A stretch of DNA of 64,000 nt from Elusimicrobiota bacterium. GTDB lineage: Bacteria > Elusimicrobiota > Elusimicrobia > UBA1565. Positions 25,328 through 39,354 of the stretch are shown one piece after another. Positions within the stretch are counted from its first letter, which is position 1, and each line of letters opens with the position of its first letter. Position numbers and translations under genes: made by a program. Under the pieces are notes generated by a model, which saw only the letters and a list, made by a program, of their open reading frames with translations, did not search any database and was not told the origin of the DNA. The stretch spans positions 1-64,000 of the forward strand of contig JBDRPD010000050.1 in the NCBI GenBank assembly GCA_043827405.1. The letters run 5' to 3'.

Positions 25328-26828
25328 CCCGTCCCAACAGGTGATATAGGTAGTACGAAACGTAGAGCCGGCCCGCCCGGTCGCCGCCGCGGAATCCCCG
25401 CAGGAAAAGCGCCGCGAAGCTGACGATCTTGGAAAACAGGACCATCCCGGGAATCCGCCCCAGCAGCCCCGGCCGCAGCAGCCCGCGCAGGAAGCGCGGA
25501 AAAACCGGCAGCAGATGGAAGGCGCTCATATACCCGCGCAGCAAGCGCAGCTCCGCGCGCACCTCCCGCGCCGGCGACGCGGCTTCGTGAAACGACAGCA
25601 CCTCGCCGCGATGTATGCGCTCGATATCCGCGTCGCTCAGGACTCCAGCTTCATGCGCGCGGCGCGTAATCTCGACTCCCGGCATATAGCTCAAAAAGAA
25701 GGTGGCGATCCGATCCGGGGTGTGGCGCATATAGAAGCGCCGCGCAAACTCGTGGCTGTCGAGGCCCTCTCCCGGCAGACCAAAAATATGATCAAGGACC
25801 AGCTCAATACCCGCATCATGGAAGGCCGCGATCATGGCGACGATGCTGTCGCGGCTCTCGTTGCGCCGCAATACCCGGCGCTTGTAGTCCGCGTCGCCGA
25901 GAGACTGCACCCCGACCTGAACCTTGAGGCAGCCCGCGTCCTTCATCCGGCGGGCCAGCTCCGGGCTGATGAACTGCGGGTGCGTCTGCGCGATCCACGG
26001 CAGGCCGATCTCCTTCTTATAGCGCGGCAGGAACTCCCGCAGCCACTCGCCATCCATAGTGAAAACGTCGTCCCAGAACCAGATCACCTGCGGCGCGAAG
26101 CGCTCTTTGGCGGCGCGCAGCTCGCGCAGGACATTATCCGGCGAGCGCCGGCGGACATAGTCCCTGGGCCGGCCCGCGGTCGGCAGGTTCGCGAAGCTGT
26201 TGTTGAAGCAGAAGGTGCAGCGGTAAGGGCAGCCGCGTCCGGTGATGATATGATAGACGTCGCCGGTCGGGAAGGTCGCGGCGTAAAGCTCCTTGTCCGG
26301 CAGCGGCAGGGAGTCCAGAGCGGAATTAAATCCGGCGATGCTCGGCGGCGGCTGCGGCCCATCCGCCCCCTTGCTCCACATATTGGGGATGTCCGCCCCC
26401 GTCTCCCCGCGCTGCAGAGCATCCGCCAGCCGCACCAAGGCCTCCTCTCCTTCTCCCACGCAGACGAAGTCCGCGGCCTCCAGGCCCATGACATGCTCCG
26501 GGCAGGCGGAGGCGTGAACGCCGCCGAACACCGTCTTGATTCCCGGACGCTCGCGCTTTACCCGCTGAGCGATCTCCGCCGCCCAGCCGAATGCCGGCGT
26601 CACGGCGCTGCAGGCCAGGAGATCGGGGGAGCAGTCCAGGATCTCCCGCACGATCACATCGTCGCGGCTAAACAGCCGCGCCAGGCGCGGAAAATGCAGC
26701 ACAAAACGGTCGTCGAAGAGCGCCGGATTATGGACCAGAACAGTCGAGTGCCCGGCCTGCTGGAGCGCGGCGGAAAGATACTCGACGCCGAGCAGCGGCT
26801 GGCCCAAAGTGACAAAAACGACGCGCAT
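25314..26828 (-). CDS. B12-binding radical SAM protein
   Basis: LGVEYLSA, GGVHAS, GEGE, RGCPYRCTFC. Confidence 0.9.
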   Translation of the reverse strand: MRVVFVTLGQPLLGVEYLSAALQQAGHSTVLVHNPALFDDRFVLHFPRLARLFSRDDVIVREILDCSPDLLACSAVTPAFGWAAEIAQRVKRERPGIKTVFGGVHASACPEHVMGLEAADFVCVGEGEEALVRLADALQRGETGADIPNMWSKGADGPQPPPSIAGFNSALDSLPLPDKELYAATFPTGDVYHIITGRGCPYRCTFCFNNSFANLPTAGRPRDYVRRRSPDNVLRELRAAKERFAPQVIWFWDDVFTMDGEWLREFLPRYKKEIGLPWIAQTHPQFISPELARRMKDAGCLKVQVGVQSLGDADYKRRVLRRNESRDSIVAMIAAFHDAGIELVLDHIFGLPGEGLDSHEFARRFYMRHTPDRIATFFLSYMPGVEITRRAHEAGVLSDADIERIHRGEVLSFHEAASPAREVRAELRLLRGYMSAFHLLPVFPRFLRGLLRPGLLGRIPGMVLFSKIVSFAALFLRGFRGGDRAGRLYVSYYLYHLLGRVSRF

Positions 26829-26954
26829 CAGGCGGCCAAGCGCCGGGCGGGGAATTCACGGCCGTCCATACGACAAGCATAGTTTCTATTGCCGTCCCGT
26901 GCCAGGGGGGTCTAGTGGGCGGCGCACGCCGCCAGTTGGTAGAATATCCGCGCG

Positions 26955-27749
26955 ATGAGCGCTCTCTCCTCCGTCGTCCGGCTCGGCAGAAGCACCCGCT
27001 CGAGCATAACGCTGCTCGGCAGCTTCACCGTGCTGTCCTGGTGGATCGCCCGCCGGACCTGCGAACTGCCGCGGCACAACCTGCGGCTGATCGGCAAGAT
27101 TTTCCTCAACCAAGTCTGGTTCACCGGTATCGACGCGGCTCCCATCATCGCCGTGCTCGCCTCGCTCATCGGCGGCGTCTCCATCATCCAGTCCTTCAGC
27201 CTGCTGACGGTGCTCGCCGACGACCTGATCGGCAAGTTCCTGGTCGGGCTGATCGTGCGCGAGCTCGGACCGCTGATTACGGCGGTAGTCCTGATCGTGC
27301 GTTCCGGCACGGCCATCGCCACCGAGGTGGGCTCGATGAAGATCAACGGCGAGATCGACGTCCTGCGGGCGCATCGCATCAACCCCTTGATGTTCGTCAT
27401 CCTGCCGCGCGTCTACGGCACCATCGTCGCGCTGTTCGCTCTCACCGCGCTCTTCGATATCATCGGCATCCTGGGCGGCTTCGGCGTAGCCTGCATGGTG
27501 GCCGATCTTTCGTTCGCCCTGCTGCGGGCCAAGGTCCTGGCGGCGCTGACCAACGCCGATCTCGTACTGCACCTCATCAAAGCCCTGCTTTTCGGCACCG
27601 CCGTCGGCGTGCTGCCGTGCTACTTCGGCCTGCGCGTAAGAGAATCCCCGACCGAGCTGCCCATCGCGGTCAGCAAGGCGGCCGTGGCGTCTTTGGTCGC
27701 GGTCTTCTTGATGGACGGCCTGCTCGTCTTCTTCTACTACCTGCAATGA
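26955..27749 (+). CDS. mlaE: MlaE-family ABC permease
   Basis: VRELGPLITA...RSGTAIATEVGSMKINGEID. Confidence 0.9.
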   Translation: MSALSSVVRLGRSTRSSITLLGSFTVLSWWIARRTCELPRHNLRLIGKIFLNQVWFTGIDAAPIIAVLASLIGGVSIIQSFSLLTVLADDLIGKFLVGLIVRELGPLITAVVLIVRSGTAIATEVGSMKINGEIDVLRAHRINPLMFVILPRVYGTIVALFALTALFDIIGILGGFGVACMVADLSFALLRAKVLAALTNADLVLHLIKALLFGTAVGVLPCYFGLRVRESPTELPIAVSKAAVASLVAVFLMDGLLVFFYYLQ

Positions 27750-28441
27750 AGCTGCTGGAAATGAAAAACGTCGCCTATCCCGCCGGCCCGGCGCCGTTGC
27801 TGCGCGACATCAGCCTGACGATCGAGGCCGGCGACTGCGCGGTGCTCTTCGGGCCGTCCGGATCGGGCAAGCATGCGCTGCTCAAGCTCGCGGCCGGCAT
27901 CCTGCTTCCCGGCGCCGGCAGCGTCGCCGTGACCGGCGACGCCGAGGCGGGAGCGCTGCCCAGCGCCTACGTCGCGCAGGACAAGGGGCTCATCAGCAAC
28001 CTGACCTTGCTGCAGAACGCCGTCCTGCCGCTGGTCTACCACGGCCGGCTGGGCTACCGCGAAGCGCTGGCGCAGGGCCGCCGGGTTATGGCGGATTTCG
28101 CGCTCACCGACGCCGCCGACATGCGGCCGGCGGCCGCCGGCGCCGGCCGACGACGCATCGCACAGCTCGTCCGCGCGGTCCTCATCGATCCCAGGCTGTA
28201 TCTGTTCGAGCGGCCTTTTTCCGATATCGACTCGGCCGCCGAGCTCATGATCCGGCGGACGCTGCGGACGATAAAAGATCGCCGGGACGTCGGGGCGCTG
28301 ATCGCGACCGGCGACCCGAAAAAATACCTCACCTGGGGAAGCCGGTTCATTTACCTGGAACAAGGGCGCCCGCGCTTTTTCGCCAACGCCGAGGAGCTCG
28401 CGAACTGCCGGGACCCCCAGGTCCAGGCCTTCTTAACATGA
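27746..28441 (+). CDS. ABC ATPase-like subunit with degenerate motifs
   Basis: GPSGSGKH, NLTLLQN; ATGA-coupled to mlaE. Confidence 0.8.
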   Translation: MKLLEMKNVAYPAGPAPLLRDISLTIEAGDCAVLFGPSGSGKHALLKLAAGILLPGAGSVAVTGDAEAGALPSAYVAQDKGLISNLTLLQNAVLPLVYHGRLGYREALAQGRRVMADFALTDAADMRPAAAGAGRRRIAQLVRAVLIDPRLYLFERPFSDIDSAAELMIRRTLRTIKDRRDVGALIATGDPKKYLTWGSRFIYLEQGRPRFFANAEELANCRDPQVQAFLT

Positions 28442-28461
28442 CGCCGCGCTAGGAGAATCTA

Positions 28462-29322
28462 ATGGATTTTGAAAGAAGAGACTTCGCCGTAGGGGTTTTT
28501 GTCGTCGCCGCGCTGCTCGCATTCCTGGCGGGGCTCGTCTTCGTCAACCGGGGACGCATCACAACAAAGAGCTACGACGTCAGCCTGCGTCTGTCCGACA
28601 TCAACGGAATCGACAAGGGCGTCGAGGTGATGTATCGGGGCTATACGGCCGGCTTCGTCGACAAAATCGCCATCGGCTACGAGCCCGAAGTCCACTTTAT
28701 CGTCCGCCTGGCGGTCAAAGAGGAGATTCGGCTGCGCACCGGCACCCGGGTCGCCGTCCGCAACAAAGGATTCGGCGGCGCCAAGTACCTCGAGTTCGTG
28801 TCGCCCGCCGGCGGCGGAACGGGCACGGTGGAAAAGGGCTCCCAGCTTCCGGTCATAACGGACGACGACATCATGACCAAGGCCAACGAGGTCCTCGGCA
28901 ACGTGCAGCTGTTCGTAAAAAACCTGCAGCAGGCCGGCACCGCCGAACAGCTGCAGACCACCGTCCACCACGCCCATTCGGCGATCATCCACCTCGACCG
29001 TACGCTGACCGCGCTCAACGCGCTCATCGCGGAGAACCGGGCCTCGCTGAGCAAGTCCGTCGCGCATACCGAGCGCGCCACGGCCGGCCTCGACGCCCTG
29101 CTGCGCGACAACAGCGCCGCCATCTCCGCGACGATCAACAACCTCAACGAGACCATGCGCCACGTGCCGGCGATTATGATCCACGTCGAAGAGCTGACCG
29201 CCGATCTCAAGCAGAACCCCTGGCGCCTGCTGCGCAAAGGCAAGCCGAAGGAAACGGCGCCGCCGCTGAACCATGCGCATGAGAACGGCAAGGGGGCCGC
29301 GCCCGCCGCAGCGGACAAATAG
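28462..29322 (+). CDS. mlaD: MlaD/MCE domain protein
   Basis: N-terminal TM, GIDKGVEVMYRG, helical tail, NPWRLL. Confidence 0.85.
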   Translation: MDFERRDFAVGVFVVAALLAFLAGLVFVNRGRITTKSYDVSLRLSDINGIDKGVEVMYRGYTAGFVDKIAIGYEPEVHFIVRLAVKEEIRLRTGTRVAVRNKGFGGAKYLEFVSPAGGGTGTVEKGSQLPVITDDDIMTKANEVLGNVQLFVKNLQQAGTAEQLQTTVHHAHSAIIHLDRTLTALNALIAENRASLSKSVAHTERATAGLDALLRDNSAAISATINNLNETMRHVPAIMIHVEELTADLKQNPWRLLRKGKPKETAPPLNHAHENGKGAAPAAADK

Positions 29323-29388
29323 CCCGGGCAAGGCCGCCCGCGACTTCGCTACAATCTAGCGGACCGCGGCCGTCCGCGAGGAGATACC

Positions 29389-30537
29389 ATGGATTTCGAA
29401 CTGAGCGACGAACAGAAAATGATCCGCGAAACGGTGCGCAACTTCGCGGAGAAGCGGATCAAGCCCGCCGCCCACGAGCTCGACGAAAAAGAGGAGTTCT
29501 CGGTCGAGCTCACCCAGGAGATGGGCGAGCTCGGGATCTTCGGCATCATCGTGCCGGAAGAATACGGCGGCCAAGGCCTCGACTACCTGGCCTACGTTAT
29601 CGCCATCGAGGAGCTGGCGCGGGTCGACGGCTCGCACGCGGCCACGGCCGCCGCCGGGACCAGCCTGGGGATCGCTCCGCTGCTCTACTTCGGCAGCGCG
29701 GAGCAGAAGAAGAAGTACCTGCCGGCGCTGGCCGCGGGCAAAACGCTCTTCGCCTTCGGCTTGACCGAAGCCGAAGCGGGCTCCGATTCGCGCGGCAGCA
29801 AGACCCGCGCCGAAAAGGTCGGCGACGACTGGGTCATCAACGGCTCCAAGATATTCATCACCAACGCCTCCACGCCCATCACCTCCGGCGTCATCGTCCA
29901 GGCGGTCAGCAACCGGGACGACAAGGGCACCCCCGAATTCACCTGCTTCGTCGTCGACAAAGACACCCCGGGCTTCACCGTTAAAACGATGCACAAGAAG
30001 CTCATGTGGCGCGCTTCCAACACCGCCGAGCTCTACTTCACCGACGTAAAAGTGCCGGAATCCGCCATCCTCGGCAAGCGCGGCGCCGGCTCGCGCCAGA
30101 TGCTCAAGACCCTGGACTCCGGCCGGCTGTCGATCGCGGCCATGGGCCTCGGCTGCGCCCAGGGAGCCTTCGAGGCCGCGCTGACCTACGCCAAGCAGCG
30201 CCACCAGTTCGGCAAGCCCCTGTCGCGGTTCCAGGCCATTTCCTTTAAGCTGGCCGACATGGCGACCAAGATCGAGCATGCCCGCAGCTTCCTCTACCGC
30301 GCCTGCTGGCTGCGCGACACCGGCAAGCCCTTCGGCAAGGAGTCGGCGATGGCCAAGCTCTACTGCTCGGAGGTAGCCAAGGAAGTCGCCGACGAGGCCG
30401 TACAGATCCACGGCGGCTACGGGCTGATGAAGGAGTTCGACGTCGAGCGCTTCTACCGCGACCAGCGGCTGCTGCAGATCGGCGAAGGCACCTCGGAGAT
30501 TCAGCGTCTGGTCATCTCCCGCGCTATAGGCTGCTAG
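29389..30537 (+). CDS. acyl-CoA dehydrogenase
   Basis: FGLTEAEAGSD, NGSKIFIT, RHQFG, QIHGGYG, IGEGTSEIQR. Confidence 0.95.
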   Translation: MDFELSDEQKMIRETVRNFAEKRIKPAAHELDEKEEFSVELTQEMGELGIFGIIVPEEYGGQGLDYLAYVIAIEELARVDGSHAATAAAGTSLGIAPLLYFGSAEQKKKYLPALAAGKTLFAFGLTEAEAGSDSRGSKTRAEKVGDDWVINGSKIFITNASTPITSGVIVQAVSNRDDKGTPEFTCFVVDKDTPGFTVKTMHKKLMWRASNTAELYFTDVKVPESAILGKRGAGSRQMLKTLDSGRLSIAAMGLGCAQGAFEAALTYAKQRHQFGKPLSRFQAISFKLADMATKIEHARSFLYRACWLRDTGKPFGKESAMAKLYCSEVAKEVADEAVQIHGGYGLMKEFDVERFYRDQRLLQIGEGTSEIQRLVISRAIGC

Positions 30538-33003
30538 TTGAAGCCGCGCGTCCCGCCGCCCGTTCATCCCTATTTTTGGGCGCTGGCCGCGGCGGTGGTT
30601 GTGCTGACGGGCTGGACCGGCTGGACGGATATCCCGCTCTTCCCCAAAGAGGAACTGCTGCTCAACGGCGGCGCCTGCCTGCTGCACGGCGTTGCGCCCG
30701 CGTCCGGCGAGGCCGGCGTTTCCTGGACCATGCCGCTCTCCGGCCTCTGGCAGGCCCTGCTTTATCACCACGCTTCCGCCGGCCTCCGCCTGCTGCTGCT
30801 GCGCACGGCTATGGCCGCCTCGCTGCTCCTCATCTTCGCCCTGGGCCGCCGCCTGCACTCGGCTCCCTGCGGGCTGCTGGCGATGGCGATCGCCGTCCAG
30901 TTCCAACTCGTCCGCTTCATCTCGCCGGAACAGGTCCTCTACCAGCCCTTGGTGCTGCTGACGGCGTACCTCCTCGTCCGCTGGACGGAAAAGCCCGACC
31001 GCCGCGGCAGCGCGCTGCTGGGCGCCGGTATCGGCCTAAGCCTCCTTGTCCGCTCCCCGCTTTTTCTGCTGCCGTTCGCACTCGCGGCGCTGGACCGGCT
31101 CGGCCTCAAGCAGGGCGGAGTCTACCGGCGGAAATGGCGGTGGCGAACCGCCGTCCTTTGCCTGACGCCGGCGGCGGTGCTGGCGCCCTGGGTGTACATG
31201 AACTGGCGGCTGTTCGGCACGATCTCCTTCTTCGAGCGGGGACGCGCCGACTACAACCTCGTCGCCGGCGCCCTCGGCCTCGTAGACACGCTCAGCGGCG
31301 GGCCGGACGGCGGCTCCTTTTTCACCGCCGCGGGCGTCCCCGCCGGCGGCGATATCGCCGCCTGGGCCGTCCGCGAGGTCCTCGCCCATCCCTTCCGCTT
31401 CGTTGCGGCCGTGGGCCGCCGCCTCGCCTTCGTCTTCTCGCTGCAGCCGCTGCTGATCCTCGCGAGCGCAATCGCGGTCTGGCTGCTGCGGCGCCGCGCG
31501 GCCGTGCGGCGGCTGGGCTTGCTCGCCGCATACTTCGCCGGCATCCACTGCCTGCTGGCCGTCGAGTTCCGCTACTTCGAACCGCTATGGCCGCTCCTCG
31601 CCGTCCTGGCCGCCGCGCTTCCCGCCTTTCTGCTCCAGCCCGCTCCCCCACTCACCCGTGGGCGCGGCGCCGACAGGATCGCCCTCGCCGGCGCCCTGCC
31701 GGCCGCCGCCCTCGGCCTCTTCGCCCTAGTCCTTACGGCGGCCTATCCGTCGCGGCTCGACGCTTCCGGCACGGCGCTGACGGCGGCGCTCAAACGCCAT
31801 CCCGGCGATCCCTGGCTGTGGAGCGCGCACGGCCGCCGCGCCATGCGCCGGGGCGACGCGCCGGGAGCGGCGCGCGATTTCGCCGCCGCCCTCAAACTGG
31901 CGCCGACCGAGGAGCGGCAATTGGATCATGCCTGGGCGCTTATGGCGCGCGGCGGCGGCGCAGCGGGGCTCATCGAGCGGCTGCCCGCGGGTGATCCCGC
32001 CCATGATTGGCGCCGGCAGGTGCTGCGGGTTCTGCACGCGCTGCTCAGAGAGGATCCCGCTATCTTGCCGGCGCGAGGGACCGGCCGCGAACTGCTGGCG
32101 CATGCGCGCGCTTTCCCCGCGCCGCAACGGACGCGCATCCTCGCCGGCCTTATCGAGATGCCAGCCGCCGGTCCCGAGCTCCTGCTCGCCGCCGCGCAGA
32201 GCGCCGCCGAGCTAAAACAGCGGAAGCTTGCGGCGCGGGCGCTCGAACGCGCCGGATCGCGCGCGCTCTCCCGCGATGAGCGCGCCCGCTGGACGCGCCT
32301 CAGCGCCCGGCTCGCGCAGCTCGAACCTCTGCTGCGGCGGACGGACGCCGAACTCGCTCCCGGCGCCTGGCTGGACCTGGCGCGCGCCGCGCTCAAAGAC
32401 GGGAAGCTCGAGCAGGCTCGGCGCGCGGCGGCACGGGCGGAAAAAGCCGGCGCCGACGATGCCTGGATTTGGCTCCAGCTCGGCGCCGCGGCGGCAAAAA
32501 CGGAGAACCGCGCCGCCGCGCGCGAGGACCTCGCGCGAGCGGCGCGGCGGACTCTGAGTTCCGAGCAAAAACATGAGCTGGCCCGCGCCTGGCTGCTGCT
32601 GGATGCGCTGAGCGCGGCGGAGAAGGCCGCCGGCGGCGACGCGCAGCTGCTGCGCCTGATCGCCGTCCGCTACCAAACGCTCGGCGAATATGCGCGCGCC
32701 CTGGAACTTCTGGACCGCCTCGTCCGCGGCGCGCCCGGCGACCCGCGAAACCTGAACGACCGGGGCGTGCTCAAGGCGCTTATGGGCCGCCGCGAAGAAG
32801 CGATCGCCGACCTGCGCGCCGCGCTCGCCCGCGAGCCCTTTCTTCCTGAGGCCTGCCTGACGCTAGGCGGGCTGCTCACCCAGATGGGAAAGCGCGGCGA
32901 AGCCCTGGCGCTCTATGAGCGAGCCCTGCGGGAGCATCCGGCGCTGGCCGGCACGCCGCTGGGACGACGCCTGCGCGAAGACGCGGCGGCCGCGCGGCGA
33001 TAA
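30538..33003 (+). CDS. ArnT/GT-C-like membrane glycosyltransferase with C-terminal TPRs
   Basis: Multi-TM N-terminal half with EFRY motif; TPR-like helices at the C-terminus. Confidence 0.65.
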   Translation: MKPRVPPPVHPYFWALAAAVVVLTGWTGWTDIPLFPKEELLLNGGACLLHGVAPASGEAGVSWTMPLSGLWQALLYHHASAGLRLLLLRTAMAASLLLIFALGRRLHSAPCGLLAMAIAVQFQLVRFISPEQVLYQPLVLLTAYLLVRWTEKPDRRGSALLGAGIGLSLLVRSPLFLLPFALAALDRLGLKQGGVYRRKWRWRTAVLCLTPAAVLAPWVYMNWRLFGTISFFERGRADYNLVAGALGLVDTLSGGPDGGSFFTAAGVPAGGDIAAWAVREVLAHPFRFVAAVGRRLAFVFSLQPLLILASAIAVWLLRRRAAVRRLGLLAAYFAGIHCLLAVEFRYFEPLWPLLAVLAAALPAFLLQPAPPLTRGRGADRIALAGALPAAALGLFALVLTAAYPSRLDASGTALTAALKRHPGDPWLWSAHGRRAMRRGDAPGAARDFAAALKLAPTEERQLDHAWALMARGGGAAGLIERLPAGDPAHDWRRQVLRVLHALLREDPAILPARGTGRELLAHARAFPAPQRTRILAGLIEMPAAGPELLLAAAQSAAELKQRKLAARALERAGSRALSRDERARWTRLSARLAQLEPLLRRTDAELAPGAWLDLARAALKDGKLEQARRAAARAEKAGADDAWIWLQLGAAAAKTENRAAAREDLARAARRTLSSEQKHELARAWLLLDALSAAEKAAGGDAQLLRLIAVRYQTLGEYARALELLDRLVRGAPGDPRNLNDRGVLKALMGRREEAIADLRAALAREPFLPEACLTLGGLLTQMGKRGEALALYERALREHPALAGTPLGRRLREDAAAARR

Positions 33004-33021
33004 GTTTAATACGATCTGACC

Positions 33022-34761
33022 ATGACTCGAACCCGGCGGGAAAGGCTCGGCGTTCTATGGCTGGCGGCCGGCGCGGCGGCGCTGGCCTCGCGCTGCCTGC
33101 GGCCGATCGCCAATCCCGACATCTACTGGCATCTCTCCGCCGGCGCGCAGATGCTGGAGAAGGGGGCTATTCCCCGCCGCGACTTTCTTTCGCACACCCG
33201 CCACGCAGCGCCGTGGATCGACTTTGAATGGCTGGCCCAACTGCTCTACGCCTTGGTTCATCGTACGGCGGGTTTTCCCGGGCTCATCGCACTCAAGACG
33301 CTGGTCCTCGGCGCCACGGCCGCAAGCTTTGTATTGCTGCTCCGGCGCCTGCGGGTTTCGCTCGCCGCGCAGGGGCTGTCGCTGCTGGTCCTGGCCGCGG
33401 GCCTCATCCCCAACAGCTTCGTCAAGCCGAGCAACTTCTCGCTGCTCCTCTTCACCGGGACCCTATGGCTCGCCGAGATGGTCCGCCTGGAAGACCTCAA
33501 GGACCGGCGGCGCGCCGGGCTCGCCGCCTTTATGCTGTTCGCTTTGTGGGCCAACCTGCACGGCGGGTTTATCTTCGGCCTCGCGCTCCTCGGCGCCTAC
33601 AGCGCGGGGCAGTGGCGCGCGCAGCCGGCACAGCGGAGCCTCTACGCCGTCCTCTTCGCCGCCGCCGCCGTCGGCACCCTGTGCAATCCCTTCGGCACCG
33701 GAGTCTATGCGGTGCTGCTGCGGCATGCGGCGGATGCCGCGTTCCTGCAGCAGGCCATCGGGGAATGGGCGCCGGCAAGCCCGCGCAACGTCTACCTCTA
33801 TCCTTTCTGGGCGGTTCTCGCCGCCGCCGCCGCCGCGATCATCTTCCGCCTGCGCCACGGCCGCCCGGTGGTCTGGGCGCAGGTGCTGGCGCTCGCCGGC
33901 CTGGCCGTCGCCGCGCTGCGCCACTGGCGCACCGCGCCGCTGTTCATCCTGGCGGCGCTGCCCGTCATCGCGACCATGGAGAAGGAGTTTCCGGCGCCGC
34001 GCACCAAGATCGAGAAAATTCTCCTGCGGCTATGTCCTTTCATCCTGGCCGGCGCGGTCCTTGCGCACTTCGCGGCCTATGGTCCCTGGCGCCTGCCGCG
34101 GCGCGCGATCGCGCATGCCTCCGTCCCGGAGCAGGCCGCAGATTTCATCGCCGCGATTTCCCGCGATATCGGACCCACCCGGCTCTACAACCCCTGGGGC
34201 TGGGGCGGTTATCTCGGCTATCGCCTGCACCCGACGTCCAAGGTATTCATGGACGGCCGCTACATCTTCCACGACCTGCTCGTAGAGCGCGTGGCTGCGA
34301 CCAAGACGCCGGAGACGTTTAACGCCTTCCTGAAAAAATACGACGCAAATCTTATCGTGCTCAAGCGCGACCGGCCGCCGATCGTCGCGCCTCACCGGAT
34401 GCCCGACGGCACGACCCGGTACGCGCCGCGGCCGTTCTATATGTTCTTTATGCCCCAGGAGCGTTGGTCTTTGATCTACTGGGACGCCTTGGCGCTGATC
34501 TTCGTGCGCAGCGACGCGGGCGACGCGCGCTGGCGCGGCGAACACGTTTACGCCATGTACCACCCGGACGATGAGGCCGCCCTGCGGCGCGCCCTGGACA
34601 GCAAGCTGATCGGCCGGGATCTCTTCCGCCTGGAATTATGCCGGCATCTGCGCGAAGCCGGCGAGGACGCCGAGACCCGCCGCCTGCTGGAATACGCCGG
34701 CGGCTCCGGCTGCCTGGAAGTGCCGAAAAGCCTCTTCCCCTACTCCGGACCGCTACCCTAA
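33022..34761 (+). CDS. polytopic membrane protein, GT-C-like
   Basis: DIYWHLSAG, WIDFEWL, LWANLHGGF, WGGYL, FMDGR. Confidence 0.7.
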   Translation: MTRTRRERLGVLWLAAGAAALASRCLRPIANPDIYWHLSAGAQMLEKGAIPRRDFLSHTRHAAPWIDFEWLAQLLYALVHRTAGFPGLIALKTLVLGATAASFVLLLRRLRVSLAAQGLSLLVLAAGLIPNSFVKPSNFSLLLFTGTLWLAEMVRLEDLKDRRRAGLAAFMLFALWANLHGGFIFGLALLGAYSAGQWRAQPAQRSLYAVLFAAAAVGTLCNPFGTGVYAVLLRHAADAAFLQQAIGEWAPASPRNVYLYPFWAVLAAAAAAIIFRLRHGRPVVWAQVLALAGLAVAALRHWRTAPLFILAALPVIATMEKEFPAPRTKIEKILLRLCPFILAGAVLAHFAAYGPWRLPRRAIAHASVPEQAADFIAAISRDIGPTRLYNPWGWGGYLGYRLHPTSKVFMDGRYIFHDLLVERVAATKTPETFNAFLKKYDANLIVLKRDRPPIVAPHRMPDGTTRYAPRPFYMFFMPQERWSLIYWDALALIFVRSDAGDARWRGEHVYAMYHPDDEAALRRALDSKLIGRDLFRLELCRHLREAGEDAETRRLLEYAGGSGCLEVPKSLFPYSGPLP

Positions 34762-34850
34762 AACCGCCACCCGGCGCTCGACCGTCAAGCCCATATGCTA
34801 CACTTGCTCCGCCCGATGACGCAGCTCCGCAGCGGAACCGCCGACCGTTC

Positions 34851-35997
34851 ATGATATCGCGAGCGCTCCTGGCCCTCGAGGACGGCACGGTTTTACGCGG
34901 CCGCTCCTGCGGCGCCGCCGGCGAGGCCGCCGGCGAAATGGTCTTCAACACCTCGCTGACCGGCTACCAGGAAGTGCTCACCGACCCCTCCTACAAAGGC
35001 CAGCTCGTCGTCATGACCAACCCCATGATCGGCAACTACGGCATCACCGCCGGCGACAACGAAAGCCGGGGGACCTTTCTCGAAGCTTTCATCATGCGCG
35101 AGCTCTGCCGCCGGCCCTCGAACTGGGAGTCGATCGAAAGCGTCGGCGAGCTGCTGCGGCGCCGCGGCGTCATCGCCGTCGACGGCGTAGACACCCGCCT
35201 ATTGACCCGCCGGCTGCGCGAGAAGGGCGCCCTGCGCGCGATCTTATCGACCACGGAAGCCGATCCCGCGCGGCTCCTGCGCCGCGTCCGCAAAGTGCCG
35301 GTAATGACCGGCCGCGACCTCACCTCGCTGGTCACCTGCTCCGCGCCCTATGAGTGGACCGAACCGCAAAGCGGCGGCGGAGCGCCCCCGCCGGACTGGC
35401 CGCGCCCGCCCCGCGTGGTGGTCATGGACTTCGGGGTCAAGTACGGCATCCTGCGCTGCCTGGCCGCGCTCGGCTGCGCAGTGACGGTCGTACCGGCCGG
35501 CGCCTCCGCCGGCGAAATCGAAGCGCTGCTGCCGGACGGCATCCTGCTGTCCAACGGGCCCGGGGACCCCGCTCCCGTCGCCGGAGCGATCGCCGTCATC
35601 CGCCGCCTGCTGCCGACCCGCATCCCCATATTCGGCATCTGCCTGGGCCACCAACTGCTCGCGCTGGCGCTCGGCGGACGCACCTTCAAGCTCAAATTCG
35701 GCCACCACGGGGCCAACCACCCGGTCAAAGACCTCACGACCGGAAAGATCGAGATCACGACGCAGAACCACGGCTTCTGCGTGGATATGGAATCCCTCCC
35801 GCGGACCGTGCAGACGACGCACGTCAACCTCAACGACGGCACGTCGGAAGGGCTGATGCATACGCGGCTGCCCGTATTCTCCGTCCAGCACCATCCGGAA
35901 GCCGCGGCCGGGCCGCACGACGCGCGCCACCTCTTCGACCGCTTCGGCCGGCTGCTGCGCCGGAATATGATTAAGCCCCGGCGGCGGCGGACTCAGC

Positions 35998-36005
<8 letters not shown>
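34851..36005 (+). CDS. carA: carbamoyl-phosphate synthase small subunit
   Basis: [39 protein letters not shown]. Confidence 0.97.
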
Positions 36006-39246
<3,241 letters not shown>

Positions 39247-39354
39247 GCTCGAAAATACCTGCCCTTTCCCCATTGATATAGGCCCTTTGACCCAGCCCCG
39301 GCCGGGACCAACGACGCATACGCTCCGCCGGCTATTGCATTACAATTAAGGTAG

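Noticed and set aside
25314..26828. B12 radical SAM as the modifier of the 55-kb peptide
   Set aside because: About 28 kb away, with no SPASM/RRE features or other sign of linkage.
26915..27745. N-terminal extension of the 508-aa ORF as a fusion to the ABC ATPase
   Set aside because: It is an alternate frame of mlaE; the ATPase starts at the ATGA overlap at 27746.
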